From positions 81,158,001 to 81,222,000 of the forward strand of contig NC_042997.1 of assembly GCF_006345805.1 (NCBI RefSeq): a stretch of DNA of 64,000 nt, written 5' to 3'. Source of the stretch: Octopus sinensis (Eukaryota). Positions 38,791 through 52,614 of the stretch are shown here, in pieces; the first letter of the stretch is position 1; every line of letters starts with the position of its first letter. The translations under genes were made by a program, and so were the position numbers. The notes under the pieces were generated by a model that searched no databases, was not told where the DNA came from, and saw only the letters and a program-made list of their open reading frames with translations.

Positions 38791-39599
38791 GTTATGCTTG
38801 CGTGAATTGTTATATTTTTCTGTTAGCAAGAATATAAGTTATCCTTTTCAAATATAAGGTTTGGGGAGTTCATGCTGATACTATCATATAATTTATTAGT
38901 AGCTATGCTGTTGGCTAAATTCAGGGGTGAAATGGGATAATTTGATGGTGTGTCTATTGAACATTATCTGATACTTATTTGTAGAGGGAAAATGTTAAAT
39001 ACTATACTGAGGCCCTAGCTATGATGGATTACACAGAAAAAATCTCTTATGTAATTGTACCATTCACATTTATTTATTATCAGTTACAGATTATTTATCT
39101 TTTAAATTCCTTCGTTTGTGTTTGTACTGATGTACTGATATATGCATGTATATCTATATATATGTAAATGTGTGTTTATATTTTCGTATGTATGTCTATA
39201 TGTATGTATGGTTTTCTTCTGTTTACATTTATTTAAATTCTTCCTTTGAAGAAGGAGCTGGTTTCTAACAAAGATACAAAGCTCTATTATTGGAATGTAG
39301 ATAACAAAAACATGATAACATTCTAAACTTGACAAAAGTCTTGCACATTTTTGCTGTTCCACTTACATATTGTATTTGTTATGTTCAAGTTAGTTGGCTG
39401 ATTTTTTTTCTGACAAAACCAAATTTATCCAACCTGTCAGTTAGCCATTTAGTCACAAAACCAAGTGCACCAATTATTATTGGCATAAATGTGAATTTGT
39501 AAGCTGGAGACTTGGAAGCAGTGTCCATACATATTTGTCTTCTTTCTCTTTAAAAATCAAAGAGATATTTACATCAGCAGGACAGCTGACCTCTATGAC

Positions 39600-40245
39600 G
39601 ATACATGTTTTTTCTAGTCTGTCCCAAACAACAATATCTGACTTGTTATGTTAACACTTGACATACATTTTGACGACAATGTTCCACCAGTTTTCCTTGT
39701 GTTGATGTTTGTGTACGTATTCAATAACAGGGGATCCTCTATATTTATTCCAGGACAGTCTTTTTTCCAGATGGCATTGTATATAGTTGTATACATTGTG
39801 TATAGTTGTATACAACTGTTAATAACATATATGAAGTCTTCCACAGAAATATGACTTAATATATATCTTCAGTTGCATCTTGGGACTCTGAGGGCTTCCC
39901 TGTCTTTTTTGTTTATTAGAAATTTTGTAGTAATATCCTGTTTTTGGAATGCAAATGCACAGCCTTTGAAGCATAATGTGCTGTAACAGTTATAAGTTAT
40001 CTTTATGTATGCATGTATATTGATCGTAGCAGGTGGTGAAGGGTTGTGCATGAGGGGACAGCCACTTTTGAGAAATCTTGAGTTGCACATGAGAAAGTAA
40101 GGAGGGATGTCAGGAAGGGCATTGCTGTTACACTTCCAGATGGGAAGGGTCTTCCTTTGATGCTGACATGCAATGTCTGTGCAAGACCCTGCCTCAGTAA
40201 AGCTGGACTCAAGAGTCATCTTCGTAGTCATAAAGCGAGACAGAT
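39600..40245. mobile_element. RTE-clade LINE 3' fragments (minus 39600-40000, plus 40015-40245)
   Basis: The plus strand gives DRSRW*RVVHEG...FE and a terminal C2H2-like CNVCARPCLSKAGLKSHLRSH typical of RTE C-termini; the minus piece is more decayed. Confidence 0.6.
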
Positions 40246-40739
40246 GAGTGACAACCTGGCCATACTAATCATATCTGTCGGGCATGTGGAAGAGAGTGTA
40301 ATTCGGCAGGAGGACTTAAACGACATGCAAAGGTACATGAAGCCCAGTTACAACTACAGCCAGCTACTACCGGTAAAGGTATTAGTTGCCAATTCTGTAC
40401 AAGACATTGTAGATCTTTAGCTGGGCTAAAAAGTCACATTCGATCACAACACCAGTAACAGTTAAGCTTCGTGCAACAGTCATACTCGATAACGAGGGGG
40501 CAGCCATAATGTATGTATGTATGTATATAAGCAGATTTGTATGTCTTGTTTTATGTTTGTATTCTCATGTATATACTTGCATATTTAGACATGCTCATAT
40601 ATACTTAAATGATAAACTTCTGGAAAGTTTTACAGATTTTTACAGATCCAGTGATGAATTGAATCTGTTGTCTTTGAATCGGCTTTCTTCTTTCATGATT
40701 GGTATTTAGGCAGTGTCGTACATATCCCAGTGTTCCTAT

Positions 40740-41030
40740 AATTACAGGTATAAACCTGAACTTGTAATCTTTAGCTTTATGTTAACATTTGCTGGGGAGC
40801 TGATTTCCACAACTGTACAGTTTCTCTTCTCTATCCCAAATCACTATGTCAGGTCTATTGTGTTTACATTTTATTAAGGTATTCAATGGGACATTCCACC
40901 AGTACTCCTTTTTATTATGAGTGCCTATGGTTTCCACCATACTGTGGGTTCTTATTTCTTTATCCTCGAGGTTATCCTTCAAACAAATCTCTTTATGCAG
41001 TGTCATAGCTACAACATCATGTCTCATCAG
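40740..41030 (-). pseudogene. R4-type restriction-like endonuclease fragment
   Basis: EYWWNVPLNTLIKCKHNRPDIVIWDREEK. Confidence 0.7.
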
Positions 41031-42611
41031 TAGTTAATATTGTGATGACAATTTCAGACAACAGCTTATGATGCGGGTGATATCTTCAGTGTTAATTCCA
41101 CAAAGTCTTCATCGGTTGTTACATTTTACGGTTTTTCCTGCATCTCTGTCTCTTTTGTGCATCAGGTATTTGGTTGATATTTCCTGTTCCTGGATTGCAA
41201 ATGCACACCCTTCGAAGTTGGAGGTAGTAATCTGGTTGTTGGTTCATGATAGACTGTTTATGTATGTATGCATGTATGTGTATGTGTGCATGTGTGTGAA
41301 TACATGTAGGTACATAAATGTGTGCTAGTGTTTGTTTATTGACATAAGTCAACTTACATTTCAGTAAACAAGGGACTATTGAATAATACCAGACTTAGAA
41401 AATAATTACTGAGGTTGATTTATTTGACTGAAACCCTTCAAGGCAGTCACACTTAGCCCCAGTATAGCCACACTTTGTTTCTTCTCATTTATTCTCCTTT
41501 ACACCTTCCTTTTACTCACTCCCAGTTTCTGACAGTAAGCATGAGCCTGCAGACTGACAGTGTTTGTCTGGTTAATAATTTGCCCTTCACAAACTACACT
41601 AAGGACAAAGCTTTTAATAATAACATGACTGCCCATATAGGCTTATTAGCCAGCTATTTTAAATTCATTTCAGAGAATAAACATCATTCTTTTGTTATGT
41701 CAATCATTCTAAAAAGAATCTTTCAGCACCTTTTAATGTAGCTATGAAGAACTAGTTTGGTTGCTTGACCCATCCATTCCACCTCAGCTGTCATTCTGTA
41801 TCAGAATGTTATAACTATCTACTTTATCTATTCATAGAACAGTGGATGTCCATATATTTAATACATGGAGCATTAAAAAGCTGAAGTATAATGAAATATG
41901 CAGTGAGAAAAAAAAAAAAACAATATTTGTTAGTCATCGACCAACTATGCTTTCATTGTTTTTTCTTTTATATTTTTCTGTCAAGTACAGGAGACAATCC
42001 TCTTCATATTTTCCCCTTATACAGTCATCAGCAATTGTGACATTATCAAAACATACCAAAGTCATAACAAAGGAATCCTTAAATAAATATACAGAGATGT
42101 ACTGACACAGGCATAGTTATATGGTTAAGAATATAGGTGCAAGTATGGCTGTGTTGTAAGAAGCTTGCTTTCCAACCACATGGCTCTAGGTTCATGGTAC
42201 CTTGGGCAAGTGTTTTCCACTATACCCTCAGGCCGGCCAAAGCATTGTGAGTAGATTTGGTAGACAAAAACTGAAAGAAGCCCGTGTGTATGTATGTATA
42301 TAGTCATGTGTATGTGTCTTTGTATCTGTTTGTTCCCCCTGCCATCACTGCTTGGCAACCGGTGTTGGTGTGTTTACATCCCCTGTAATTTAGCAGTTCA
42401 CCAAAAGGGTCTGATAGAGTAAGTACTAGACTTACAAAGAATAAGTTTCTTTTACTAAAAAAAAACCTTTAAGGCAGTGCTCCAGTGTAGCAGCTTGGGC
42501 AAGTGCCTTCTACTATAGTGTTGGGTTGACCAAAGCTTGTGGATGGATTTGGTAGACAGAAACTAAAGATCCCATTTTATATATATATATAAATATATAT
42601 TTCAATATGTG

Positions 42612-42807
42612 ATCGCATGTGTATCGTTGGCGATTTTCTTTCTCCGTCTTCCCTTCCTTGGACCTTTCCTATTTCTATGTTTCTCACAAAGAGCTCCATG
42701 CGAAACATTAAATCCTCCTTCTTTCTTTACATTCCTGAGTGTCCAATAACACTATACTTGTTCCATGTCCTCGTGTTGTGTTTACTCTTCGTTCATGTTT
42801 GATTAAC

Positions 42808-42810
<3 letters not shown>
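42612..42810 (+). mobile_element. Probable PLE 3' tail fragment with a heavily decayed hammerhead ghost (42679-42713)
   Basis: gttt-ctcacaa-agagctccatgc-gaaac-att-aaat fits the HHR layout only with several substitutions. Confidence 0.4.
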
Positions 42811-42846
<36 letters not shown>

Positions 42847-42925
42847 TTATAATATTAATAGTAATGGTAAGACAACAAAAGAGTGAAAGAGACCTCGATA
42901 TTATGTAAATAGAGGAATTTATCTG

Positions 42926-43408
42926 TAATATAATATGTGACAATTATTTGGTTGCCATAATAAGACTCCGAGTTTTGGATGTCGGGGTGGAAACCTGCCC
43001 TGGCATCTCGTCAGTTATTGAGGCAATCAAAATATGCTATGGAAATGACCGTTAAACAAAGGGAAATTACTATGTATTTGACTGTTATTAAGACAAAAGA
43101 GCAATTAGAATGACCGTTAAATAAGGGGAAAAAACCAAAGGGGTGGAAGGAAAAAGTAAAGAAATATAAATGCTCATAGCAAACGCTTCCTCCCCTTTGG
43201 TTTTTTCCCCTTATTTAACAGCCATTCTAATTGCTCTTTTGTCTTAATAACTGTCAATTACATAGTAATTTCCCTTGTTTAATGGTCATTTTCATAGCAT
43301 ATTTTGATTGCCTCAATAACTGACAAGATGGCAGAACAGGTTTCCACCCCGACATCCGAAACTTGGAGTCTTATTATGGCAACCAAATAATTGTCACATA
43401 TTATATTA
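42926..43408. repeat. Foldback inverted repeat, ~224-bp arms and 36-bp spacer
   Basis: 42926-43149 versus 43186-43408, about 90% reverse-complementary by eye. Confidence 0.95.
43315..43375 (+). ncRNA. Type I hammerhead motif, degenerate (G8A); mirror copy on - strand at 42959-43019 (G12A)
   Basis: Stem I aataa/ttatt; ctgacaa here and ctgacga in the mirror; stem II gatg/catc with one extra C; GAAAC here and aaaac in the mirror; stem III act-cgg-agt in the mirror (acttggagt here); GUC triplet. The consensus of the two arms has an intact core. Confidence 0.75.
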
Positions 43409-44161
43409 TATATATATAAAATATATATATATATTGTCAATGTTGTCTCGGTTGTAGACTGTTTTGCAGAAGGCTAACAGAATATTATTGAATTCCCGTT
43501 TTCTAGACTTCAGGTGGAATGTTATCCAGTCCAACAGACTTTCAGTTTTTAGTCAATGGTGAAATCACCAGTTATGATATCAAGGGTGAGGTCAATGATT
43601 GATCTTACATCTATATAAAAAGCTGAGAATATATTCCCAAGCGTATATCAACCACTTATATACTTAAAGAACATATTCAAGTAGCAGATATTCAAGTATT
43701 CATGTATTACATATGCTTTCATAAAGAAAGCATGTCTAATACTTGAATCTTCAGTTCACTTCACCCACTAGTATGGGTAACACCTTGAATAAAGCTGAAT
43801 AGGATTGTCAACCTTTAGATGAATGTGTATTGCAATTGATTTAATATAAATCAACTAAATACACATAACTGTTATATCAAAGGACATTAGGATACTTATC
43901 TAGCAGAAATATATTTCAGAATGAAATTTTGGAGATGTATAACTCTCCAGTCTTCTTTATGATGTCATGATTATATGCTTTGCATGCTGCATGAAGTCTA
44001 ATGAAGTGAACTCAGGATTTACCTCTCAAATAAAGTAGTTTCATTGTTCATCTTAAATGATTTTGAAGATTCCCCATCATTCAATGTGGTTAGCCAGATC
44101 TGGATTGTATCAGAGTACTCACAAGGTGTCTGCCTGGATTTCAAGTCCCTATTCCTTTACA

Positions 44162-44217
<56 letters not shown>

Positions 44218-45489
44218 GTAAACATATACACAGTACTTAAAAGGAATTTTGAGAGAAAAGATAGAAATTAACAAATTTAAAGTGTAGTAAGAAAATAACA
44301 TTCACAGAAGGATAGAATATATATATATGTAATATATATTACATATATGTATATGTGTGTGTATATATATATATATATATATTTATATGTGTGTATGTAT
44401 GTATGCATGGAAGGTGGACGTTAAATGGATGGTGATGATGATGATAGATAGAATTGTATATATAAGCGAATAAACATACATGTCAGAAGGAAAGAGAGAA
44501 TGTGTATTTATGTGTGAGCATGTGTATGTTTATCTTGATAGTAAGCCACTATTTAAACATGCTTTATAATTAAATAGTGAATACATAGTGGATATATTAC
44601 ACAGACACACAGACACACACACATACACACACTCTCTCATATACATACACACCATTTATTTGTGGATTCATATATGACATATATTTACAGCACTTAACCA
44701 CAGACACAGATGCATAAATACACATGTGTATGCCCATGCACACACAACATCTCCAAACACACATACTCATGCAATTGTTAGTACTGCTGAGAACATAAGA
44801 CTTGCTTCAATGAAGCATATCCAGATAATTCTTCCTTTAAGCTAGCTGTAACAGTTTGATAGAAGAGCTGTTTATTCCACAGTCTACAGTTGCATGAATC
44901 TATTTAGTGAATGACATTATTTTGAAAGCACGTTTCCTCTCTTGATAGAATGCAAGTTATCTAAACATGGTGGCTGATTCAATAACAGAAACTGCCGCAG
45001 ATAAAAATTTCATTGTGGAAGTAAATGGATCATTTCAATAGTTAGAAATGTGGAGAAAATCCTAATAACAATGATTTCTGACACAGATGCATGGCCACAC
45101 GTTTTGAAGATGTGTATAGTTAATTAAATTAACCCCAGTTTTTCACTGTTACTTTATTCTATCAACTCCATGATAAGTAAGGGATGAAAAGTAAAGGATT
45201 TGAACCCAAAATGTATAGTACTGTAATTGAATAATGCTATACATTTTGTCTCTATATTTCATCTCACTTTAAGGGATAATATAAACAAGCAGAATATACA
45301 TTTAAGCCTTTTTTTTTCTCTCTTCCACCCAGGAGAAAAGCACAAAAATCAAACTCTCTGCCTTTTGCATGTAGGAAGCTTACAAAATACACAACAGAGA
45401 TAAACATCCAATTTTTTGCTTAAATCTGAAAATTGTAAATTCAAAAAGGGAGTAATATGTAATACATTTAACCAGAGCAAGATAGTAGA

Positions 45490-45685
45490 AGAAGGAGAAG
45501 ACGAAGAAGAAGAAGAAGAAGAAGAAGAAGAAGAAGAAGAAGAAGAAAAAGAAAAAGAAGAAGAAAAGAAGAAAAAGAAAAAGAAGAAGAAGAAAAGAAG
45601 AAGAAGAAGAAGAAGAAGAAGAAGAAGAAAAAGAAAAAGAAGAAGAAAAGAAGAAAAAGAAAAAGAAGAAGAAGAAGAAGAAGAG
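45490..45685. repeat. (GAA)n/(GAAAAA) pure purine tract
   Basis: Direct reading. Confidence 0.95.
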
Positions 45686-45974
45686 GAGCGCTTAGAGAGA
45701 GCACAAACCTCTGCCAAGGCAACACCAACGCCCTCTTGATGATTTTTAAAATTAGAATATCTGAAATAAACTCGACTGTTCCCACAAACGAGAATACTAA
45801 AAATGAACCCAACCACTCTCAAAAATTAAGTAAAAAAAAACAGAAAAATAATCTTGAATCCTTGACCAGTACCTGATTGATCCCAAGGGTAGTCATGGAA
45901 TGTGAAGGTGATTGTGTGAGCAGTGTTTGTAATGTAGTGTGTGTGTCATCTGCAGTGGGAACAGGGACAGTTTT

Positions 45975-46142
45975 CTCTGTGAAAGCCTTTTTTAGTCTAT
46001 CCACTGATATAGTGTCCTTATGGCCATTAAGGTCTATAGTGAAAAATTTATCCGTGCATGAAAGAAAATGGAAAGGACTTGCATACGGTGTTATTAACAG
46101 AGGTTTAACAACATCATTGCTCACAAAAAAACGTGAGTCCAA
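45975..46142 (-). pseudogene. Ty3/Gypsy integrase C-terminal fragment
   Basis: FFVSNDVVKPLLITPYASPFHFLSCTDKFFTIDLNGHKDTISVDRLKKAF matches the GPY/F...VS.DRLK region. Confidence 0.75.
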
Positions 46143-46750
46143 GAAGTAAGGCTTCCTTCAAGGCAGAGCTAGAAATGCAATTGTCAAGTAGGTAAGAGGT
46201 TTTAAACAGGAGCGATACATTCAAAATTGGTAAAACTAAAAATTGTCAAGGATAAATTAGATTTATTATTGTTACTGAATATGTTAGTGTTATTTAATTT
46301 CTGAACAGTTTTACTGCCATTTGTTTATGTAGTCTGATTTCTTTATCCATCAGTTCCTACTAAGATAGAGATGTGAATAAAATTAATAATAAAGAAATGA
46401 AAATAAATCTTTGGAAACAGCAATGCCATCATAACTTATGTGGAAACCATGAGCATACTTTCAAGGGAGATATTCAGAGAAAGACTTGAAAGTCAACATA
46501 AGATCATAATACTCCATGTAAAGTAAAGTAAATATAACAAATAATTAAGAATTCTTGTCTGGTACCAAATTGATCCCAAAATCTAATGCCAGTCACAAGG
46601 CACATCCCTGAAAGTTTCATCTGAATCCATCCAGCAGTACTTGAGATATCTTGTCCACCGACAAACAAACATGACTGCAAAGAATACCTCCACCTTTGCT
46701 AAGGCAGAGGTATTAATAATAACAATAAAAGTTCAACGATGTAAACATCA

Positions 46751-46794
<44 letters not shown>

Positions 46795-46827
46795 TATATA
46801 TATATTATTATTATTATTATTATTATA

Positions 46828-46872
<45 letters not shown>

Positions 46873-47214
46873 TTGCTATCAGTAATTAAAAACAGAACAA
46901 GGTGAATTGGTTCTTTCCATAGCCAAGGTCAGCACTCTCATTGATCAATAGTAGTAGTAAATACATTTGACATCTGCTGACTACAAGGGTGTGATGCTTC
47001 TTTTGTCCCCATTCCCACAGGAATGCAAAGCCCCATTGTTGATCTCCTTCTCACCATCTGCAAAACCTATTTACATACATAGGAATTTGGTCTATTCATC
47101 AAGCTGCTTCTCTTTCTCCTACTATCCCCTCCAACCCTCACATATTTATGATTATCTCAAGTACAAGACAAAAGGCAAAACTAAACAACATTTAATAATA
47201 CCACACAGTAGTAG

Positions 47215-47605
47215 GTGCAAAGATGTCATCTCAAGACAGTTACAATACCAGTAGGAGCACTTGGAATAATAAAAAAAATGGAACTGAGAATTATTTAAGA
47301 ATGATCCCTGGATTACCATCCATGCAGGAAGTGCAAAAGATTGTATTAACTGGTCCATCACACCTATTGAGTAAAGTATTGTCACTGTGAATGTTTTCCT
47401 TTTTTGCCCTTTATTTTCTTTGTTTACTTTTATATTTAATATTTTTTCCTTTTTCTCTCTGTCTTTCTGCCTCATTTTTCTATCACATGACTTTGTAAAT
47501 GAACAACCTGGTGTGATTATTTTAATGGCCTGCAAATGTATACAGTGCGTTTCTCTGCCCTAGGTGTCAGGAAGGCTCTCAGCTAGAAAAGGAAACAGAA
47601 TTGAA
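47215..47605 (+). mobile_element. 5'-truncated copy of the 18766-23792 R4/Dong family (C-terminus and 3' UTR)
   Basis: Aligns with 23450-23790 (gaatgatccctggattaccatcc...gaagtgcaaaagattgt; ccctagg.gtc.ggaag). Confidence 0.8.
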
Positions 47606-47974
47606 AGATGATAATGAAAGTGATGATGATGATAATAATAATATTAATAACAATAATAATAATAATAATAACAATAATAATAATAATAACAATAATAATA
47701 ATAATTAACGGAACCTATAACAAAACCAAGCAAAAGATAGTTGATTTAGGAGTTACACACACACTACTATGCAACACCCCTCCAAAAACATACAAGAATA
47801 AACTCATACTGTAAATACCCAACAAAATGAACAAAACCCACAACATGTGCCATAGAAGGCTAATACCCAACAGAAGAACACAATTTGCGCTACACAAACA
47901 ACACAATATAAAAACTAATACAATAGAAGACTCAAGGTGCAACAAATGAGGCAATAGAAAATTGCTTGAAACTT

Positions 47975-50395
47975 TCAGATGTTAAAAAATAACAGTGGTC
48001 AAGACGATGGTGACAAACGTTACCTTATTTCAGTTTATGAGAGACAGGAGTTTCTGAAGGACTCTGGCTGTAACAGCAAAAATGAAGCTAGACCTTTAAG
48101 GGAAGGCCTCTCACTCAGCAGTGGGTCAGTAAAGATGGAGACTGACCACAGCTGTCATCCTAATACAGCATAAGCAAATAATAGAGTAAGGAGGAGGGAG
48201 TGGGCCAGCAAAGAAAACAGGATAGTGATACAGTGCTACTTAGAAAGTGAACCTAAAAGAATGGGCTATAGAAAACAGATGTTAACACTTTGGGTAGAGA
48301 AGGGAATTTTAAAGTGACATAGCAGAGATTGGTCGATCAAGCTAATGCTATTAGGAGAAGAAAGTGGAACACAGAATTGGAGGTAGAAGAGATCACAAAA
48401 GAACTGGAAAAGAAAGATCAAGCAATGGTAAAGACAAACAACAACATATGAGCTTAAACAGTGCATCATAGCATTAACAGGCAATCTCTCCAGATATTAG
48501 AAAAGAATAGATTAGTATCAACAGAATAGATTATTTGAGACAGACCAGAGGAAATTTTATAACCAAATAAATAGTGGAGAACAAAGTACTGAAGATGAGA
48601 AACCTAATGCAGAGGAAGCTAGAAAGTTCTGGAGTAATATTTGGGATAAACCAGTTAATCATAATGGAGATGCAGTATGGTGAAAGCAAGTGAGGGAACA
48701 AGTAGTGAGTGAGAAGTAACCAGATCTAAGATTAACTAGTGGATTAATGAGTAAAGTGTTAGGAAAAATGCTGAATTGGAAGGGTCCAGGACCATATTTA
48801 ATTCAAGGGTACTGGCTAAAGAAATTCAGAAGTTTATATGGGAGGCTGAGGGAACAACTTCAGGATTGCCTTAATAGATGACTAGAGGGAGGACAATACT
48901 CATTATGAAGGATAAGAGCAAGGGTAATACAGCCAGCAACTATAGATCAATCACCTGCTTACCATTAGTGTGGAAGCTGTTAACAGGAATGCTTTCAGAA
49001 AGCATTTATGAGCAACTTGACAACCAGAATTTACTACCAGAAAAACATAAAGGTATCCTGATGGCCAGACATTAAAATCATTGAAAGGAGGAGAGAGTTA
49101 TAAGTATCTAGGAGTATTAGAATCTGACAGAGTACTAACTACAGAAACAAAAACGAAAATTGAGAAGGGGTACATCAGCAGGGTGAGTAAGCTAATGAAG
49201 TCAAAGCTAAGTGGTCCAAATCTAGTGAAGGCTGTAAATACTTGGACAGTATCATTACTTAGATACTCAGCAGCTTTTGTAGATTGGACAAAAACTGAAT
49301 TAGCAAAGCTAGACAGAAGAACTAGGAAGGAATTCAATATGAATGGAATACTCCATCCGAGGGCAGGAGTAGCAAGATTATACCTACCTAGAAAGGAAGG
49401 TGGAAGAGGGTTAATATCAGTAGAAGTCCGTGTGGAATTAGTTAGAGTAGATACAGACTCCAATGTAGTTAATAGTGATGAAAGTTTATTAAAAGCTGCT
49501 AGAGTCACAGCAAGACATAGAGAAACCAAAACACCAAATGGAGTTAAAAACCAGAAAAAAGAACAGAAATTACCTGACTGACAGGAGAAGACATTGCATA
49601 GTAGATTCTCAAAAATAGTTTCAGCAAATAGTCGTAGTGAGACAGGGTTATGGCTGCAGAAAGAAAAGCTGAAGAGGGAGACAGAATTTTGTTAGCAGCT
49701 GCACAAAATCAAGCATTAAGGACTAATTGGATAAAAGCCAAGATAGACAAAAACCAAGTAGATTTCCAATGTTGATTATGCAAATCAAAAGAGGAAAGCA
49801 TTACTCACATAGTAAGTAAATGCATCATGCTGGCACAAAAAGAATACAAGAAAAGACATGACAGTCTAGGGGAAGCAATCACTGGGAGCTATGTAGAAAG
49901 CTAGGATTTGAACATACTTATAAATGGTATGAACATGAACCTAGTAAAATACTAGAAAGTAAGAAATACAAGATGTTGCAGGGCTTTAATATTCAGATTG
50001 ACAGAGTAATAGAAGCTAAAAGGCTTGATTTGGTAGTAGTAGATAAAGAGAATAGAAAGTGCCAGATAATTGACTTTACAATCCCAAATGATGAAAAAAT
50101 TAATATGAGTATAGAAAAAATAGCAAAGTACCAGGACCTAGCTATTGAATTACAGAGACTGGAAAGTGCAGGTAAAATGTATCTCAGTAGTTATAGGTAT
50201 ACTGGGAACTATCCCTAAAGATCTGAACAGATGAACAGAGGAAATAGGTATAATACCCAGTTTAGTACAGCTGCAGGAAACTCTTATTATGGACAGCAAG
50301 GATACTTAGGAGAGTTCTTGGCATCTAAGGCTACTCGTTGTAGCCCGATGTTAGGATTCTTTTCTTTTCCGACATTCTAATTTGTTGAGTGTATA
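47975..50395 (+). mobile_element. Decayed, internally deleted R4/Dong-type element of a different subfamily
   Basis: N-terminal WASKENRIVIQCYLESEP..GYRKQM, NYRSITCLPLVWKLLTG, YKYLGVLE, VARLYLPRKEGGRGL and AKRLDLVVVDK...IIDFTIP; ends in (AAT)n. Confidence 0.85.
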
Positions 50396-50403
50396 ATAAT
50401 AAT

Positions 50404-50434
<31 letters not shown>

Positions 50435-50487
50435 GCAGCAACAACAACAACAATAATAATAATAATAGTAATAATAATAATAATAAT

Positions 50488-50537
<50 letters not shown>

Positions 50538-52250
50538 CAACAACAACAACAATAATAATAACAATAATAATAATAATGTCTGAACTCAGAATGTAAAAAC
50601 TATAAAGCCTTTTTCCAGCACCCTAATGATTTCGCAAACTTGCCGACTTAATAATAATAATAACAACAACAATAATAATAATAATAATGATTTCAAATTT
50701 TGACAGAAGGTCAGTGTTTTCTGATAGGAGGAGGAAGTTGATTAAATCAACCCTGGGTACTTGACTGGTATTTATTTTATTGACCTTGAAAGAATGAAAG
50801 GTAAAGTCAACCTGAGAAGAATTTGAACTCAAAGCATAAAGACAGAGAAAATGCTGCAATAATATTTAATAATAAACCACACTGACTTTGAACAAAGACA
50901 ATAAATTTCTCAATGCTGGAGACGTAAGGATTTCATGTGACATTCTCCAGAGTGACTCTCTATCACCACTCATCTTTTGCCTTCACTGATATTAATACAG
51001 CAATTTGCTCTTTGTACATACTTAACATGCGTGTCACACTTATTGTTGAAAGAAATGTTGCTGATAAGTAAATCTCTTGTAATTCCTGGAAGGGATTTGA
51101 AACCACCACCTATGTGCTGTATTGCTACTTCTCAACACCCATGCCTACTGAGCCACCAAAGTAGCAATGACCTTAATGAGAAAATTAAGATACTTAAATT
51201 TGATGCATGTGTTGAGCAAGGGAGAGAGGAAGTGAGAGGGAAAGAGAGATAGAGAGTGAGAGGGAGTGGCTGATAGGTATTTGAATTCCTTTCTATGATT
51301 GAACTGAAATTGACCCCTAGTTATGAAAGGCCCAAGCACACTCACACACATATTTTAGGTCTTCTACCCATTTGAATTCAGTCATACACCAGATAACATG
51401 TTAAATCTTATGTCCCGAAATTTAAATTTTGAATTTGTTTTAATCATAAAATTACACCTCAGCTAAAAAAAACATCTTTTGGCTTTCGAATATAACCTTT
51501 TCTTTCTCTTTCTATATTTTTTAAGTTACAATTTCTCTAATTTGGTCAGGATTTTTCCAGTTTCTTTTTTCTTGTATCAAGTAACGGACAAAAGCATTTC
51601 TTAAAAAATTTAAATTCATAGAACCAAACAAAATCAAAAATATCAATTCTAATTTTTCCATTTCCTTAATACTAACAAGAGCATAGTATGAGAGAGATTT
51701 GGCTGTTATTCATAGCAAATTGAACAACCACACAGAGTTGTTCAATTGGCTCATTTGTTGATGTGTATATGTAAATAAAAACTAAAACACACACACACAC
51801 ATACACACATATATATGAATGTATATGTGCGTGTGCAGTGATAAGAGTTGCGTGGTGGAAATAAACAACTTTCTCTTTCTATACTTTTTGTTAAGTTAGA
51901 ATTTCTTTGTTTTGATCAGGATTTTTCCAATTTCTTTTTTCTTGTATCAAGCAATTGATGAAAGCATTAAAAAAAAATTAAATTCATAGAGCCATACAAA
52001 ATCAAAAATATTAATTCTATTTTTTCCCTTTATTACCATATCTTATATACTGTGTTCTTGATTATTAGGCGAGTATTTCAGAAATATTTTCACCTTTTAA
52101 ACAAAAAATCTCTAATATGATTATATATGTTTATCAACTGAAACTCTCTGAATCATTTTGGAGATTTATTGTTTTAATAGCAAGTTTTAAAATATGGATA
52201 ATTGCATGAGGGACGCAGCACGAGAGCATCAGCATAGAAGGGGAGAATGG

Positions 52251-52502
52251 TTGCACAAGGAACAGTGGGAGGAAATAAGGAATCAAAATCACATGCGGAT
52301 GAGACAGAGAAGAAACAAAATAAGCCAAGAGAAGAGGGAGCATATCCTACAGCATGGGGGGGGGGTAATAAATCAGGAAAGGATAGAACAAATGAGCCAG
52401 GACCAAAGAGAAGTGTATTTTCAAAATAAGAGAGATAGAGATCAACGGAATCAAGAATTCATGAGTCAAGAGCAAAAGCAGCTGTACTTAGAAAATATGA
52501 GA
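52251..52502 (+). other. Open frame with 23-aa-periodic charged repeats (STPR-like; possible Helitron N-terminal relic)
   Basis: Repeat starts LHKEQWEE, ISQEKREH, MSQDQREV and MSQEQKQL are spaced 23, 24 and 23 aa apart. No Rep or helicase domain is visible in the window. Confidence 0.45.
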
Positions 52503-52576
52503 AACACAGCTGGATCTCTCTCAGCATATCAGCAAACCACAAAATTGCACCAGCTGGTATCACCTCCAAGCCCATC

Positions 52577-52614
<38 letters not shown>

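Noticed and set aside
44023-44099. Minus-strand 77-bp exon candidate (IWLTTLNDGESSKSFKMNNETTLFE)
   Set aside because: Weak acceptor, unrecognised peptide, and no consistent gene model with the other candidates.
45349-45822. Glu/Lys/Arg-rich ORFs over the GAA tract (also 58252-58679)
   Set aside because: Pure microsatellite translation.
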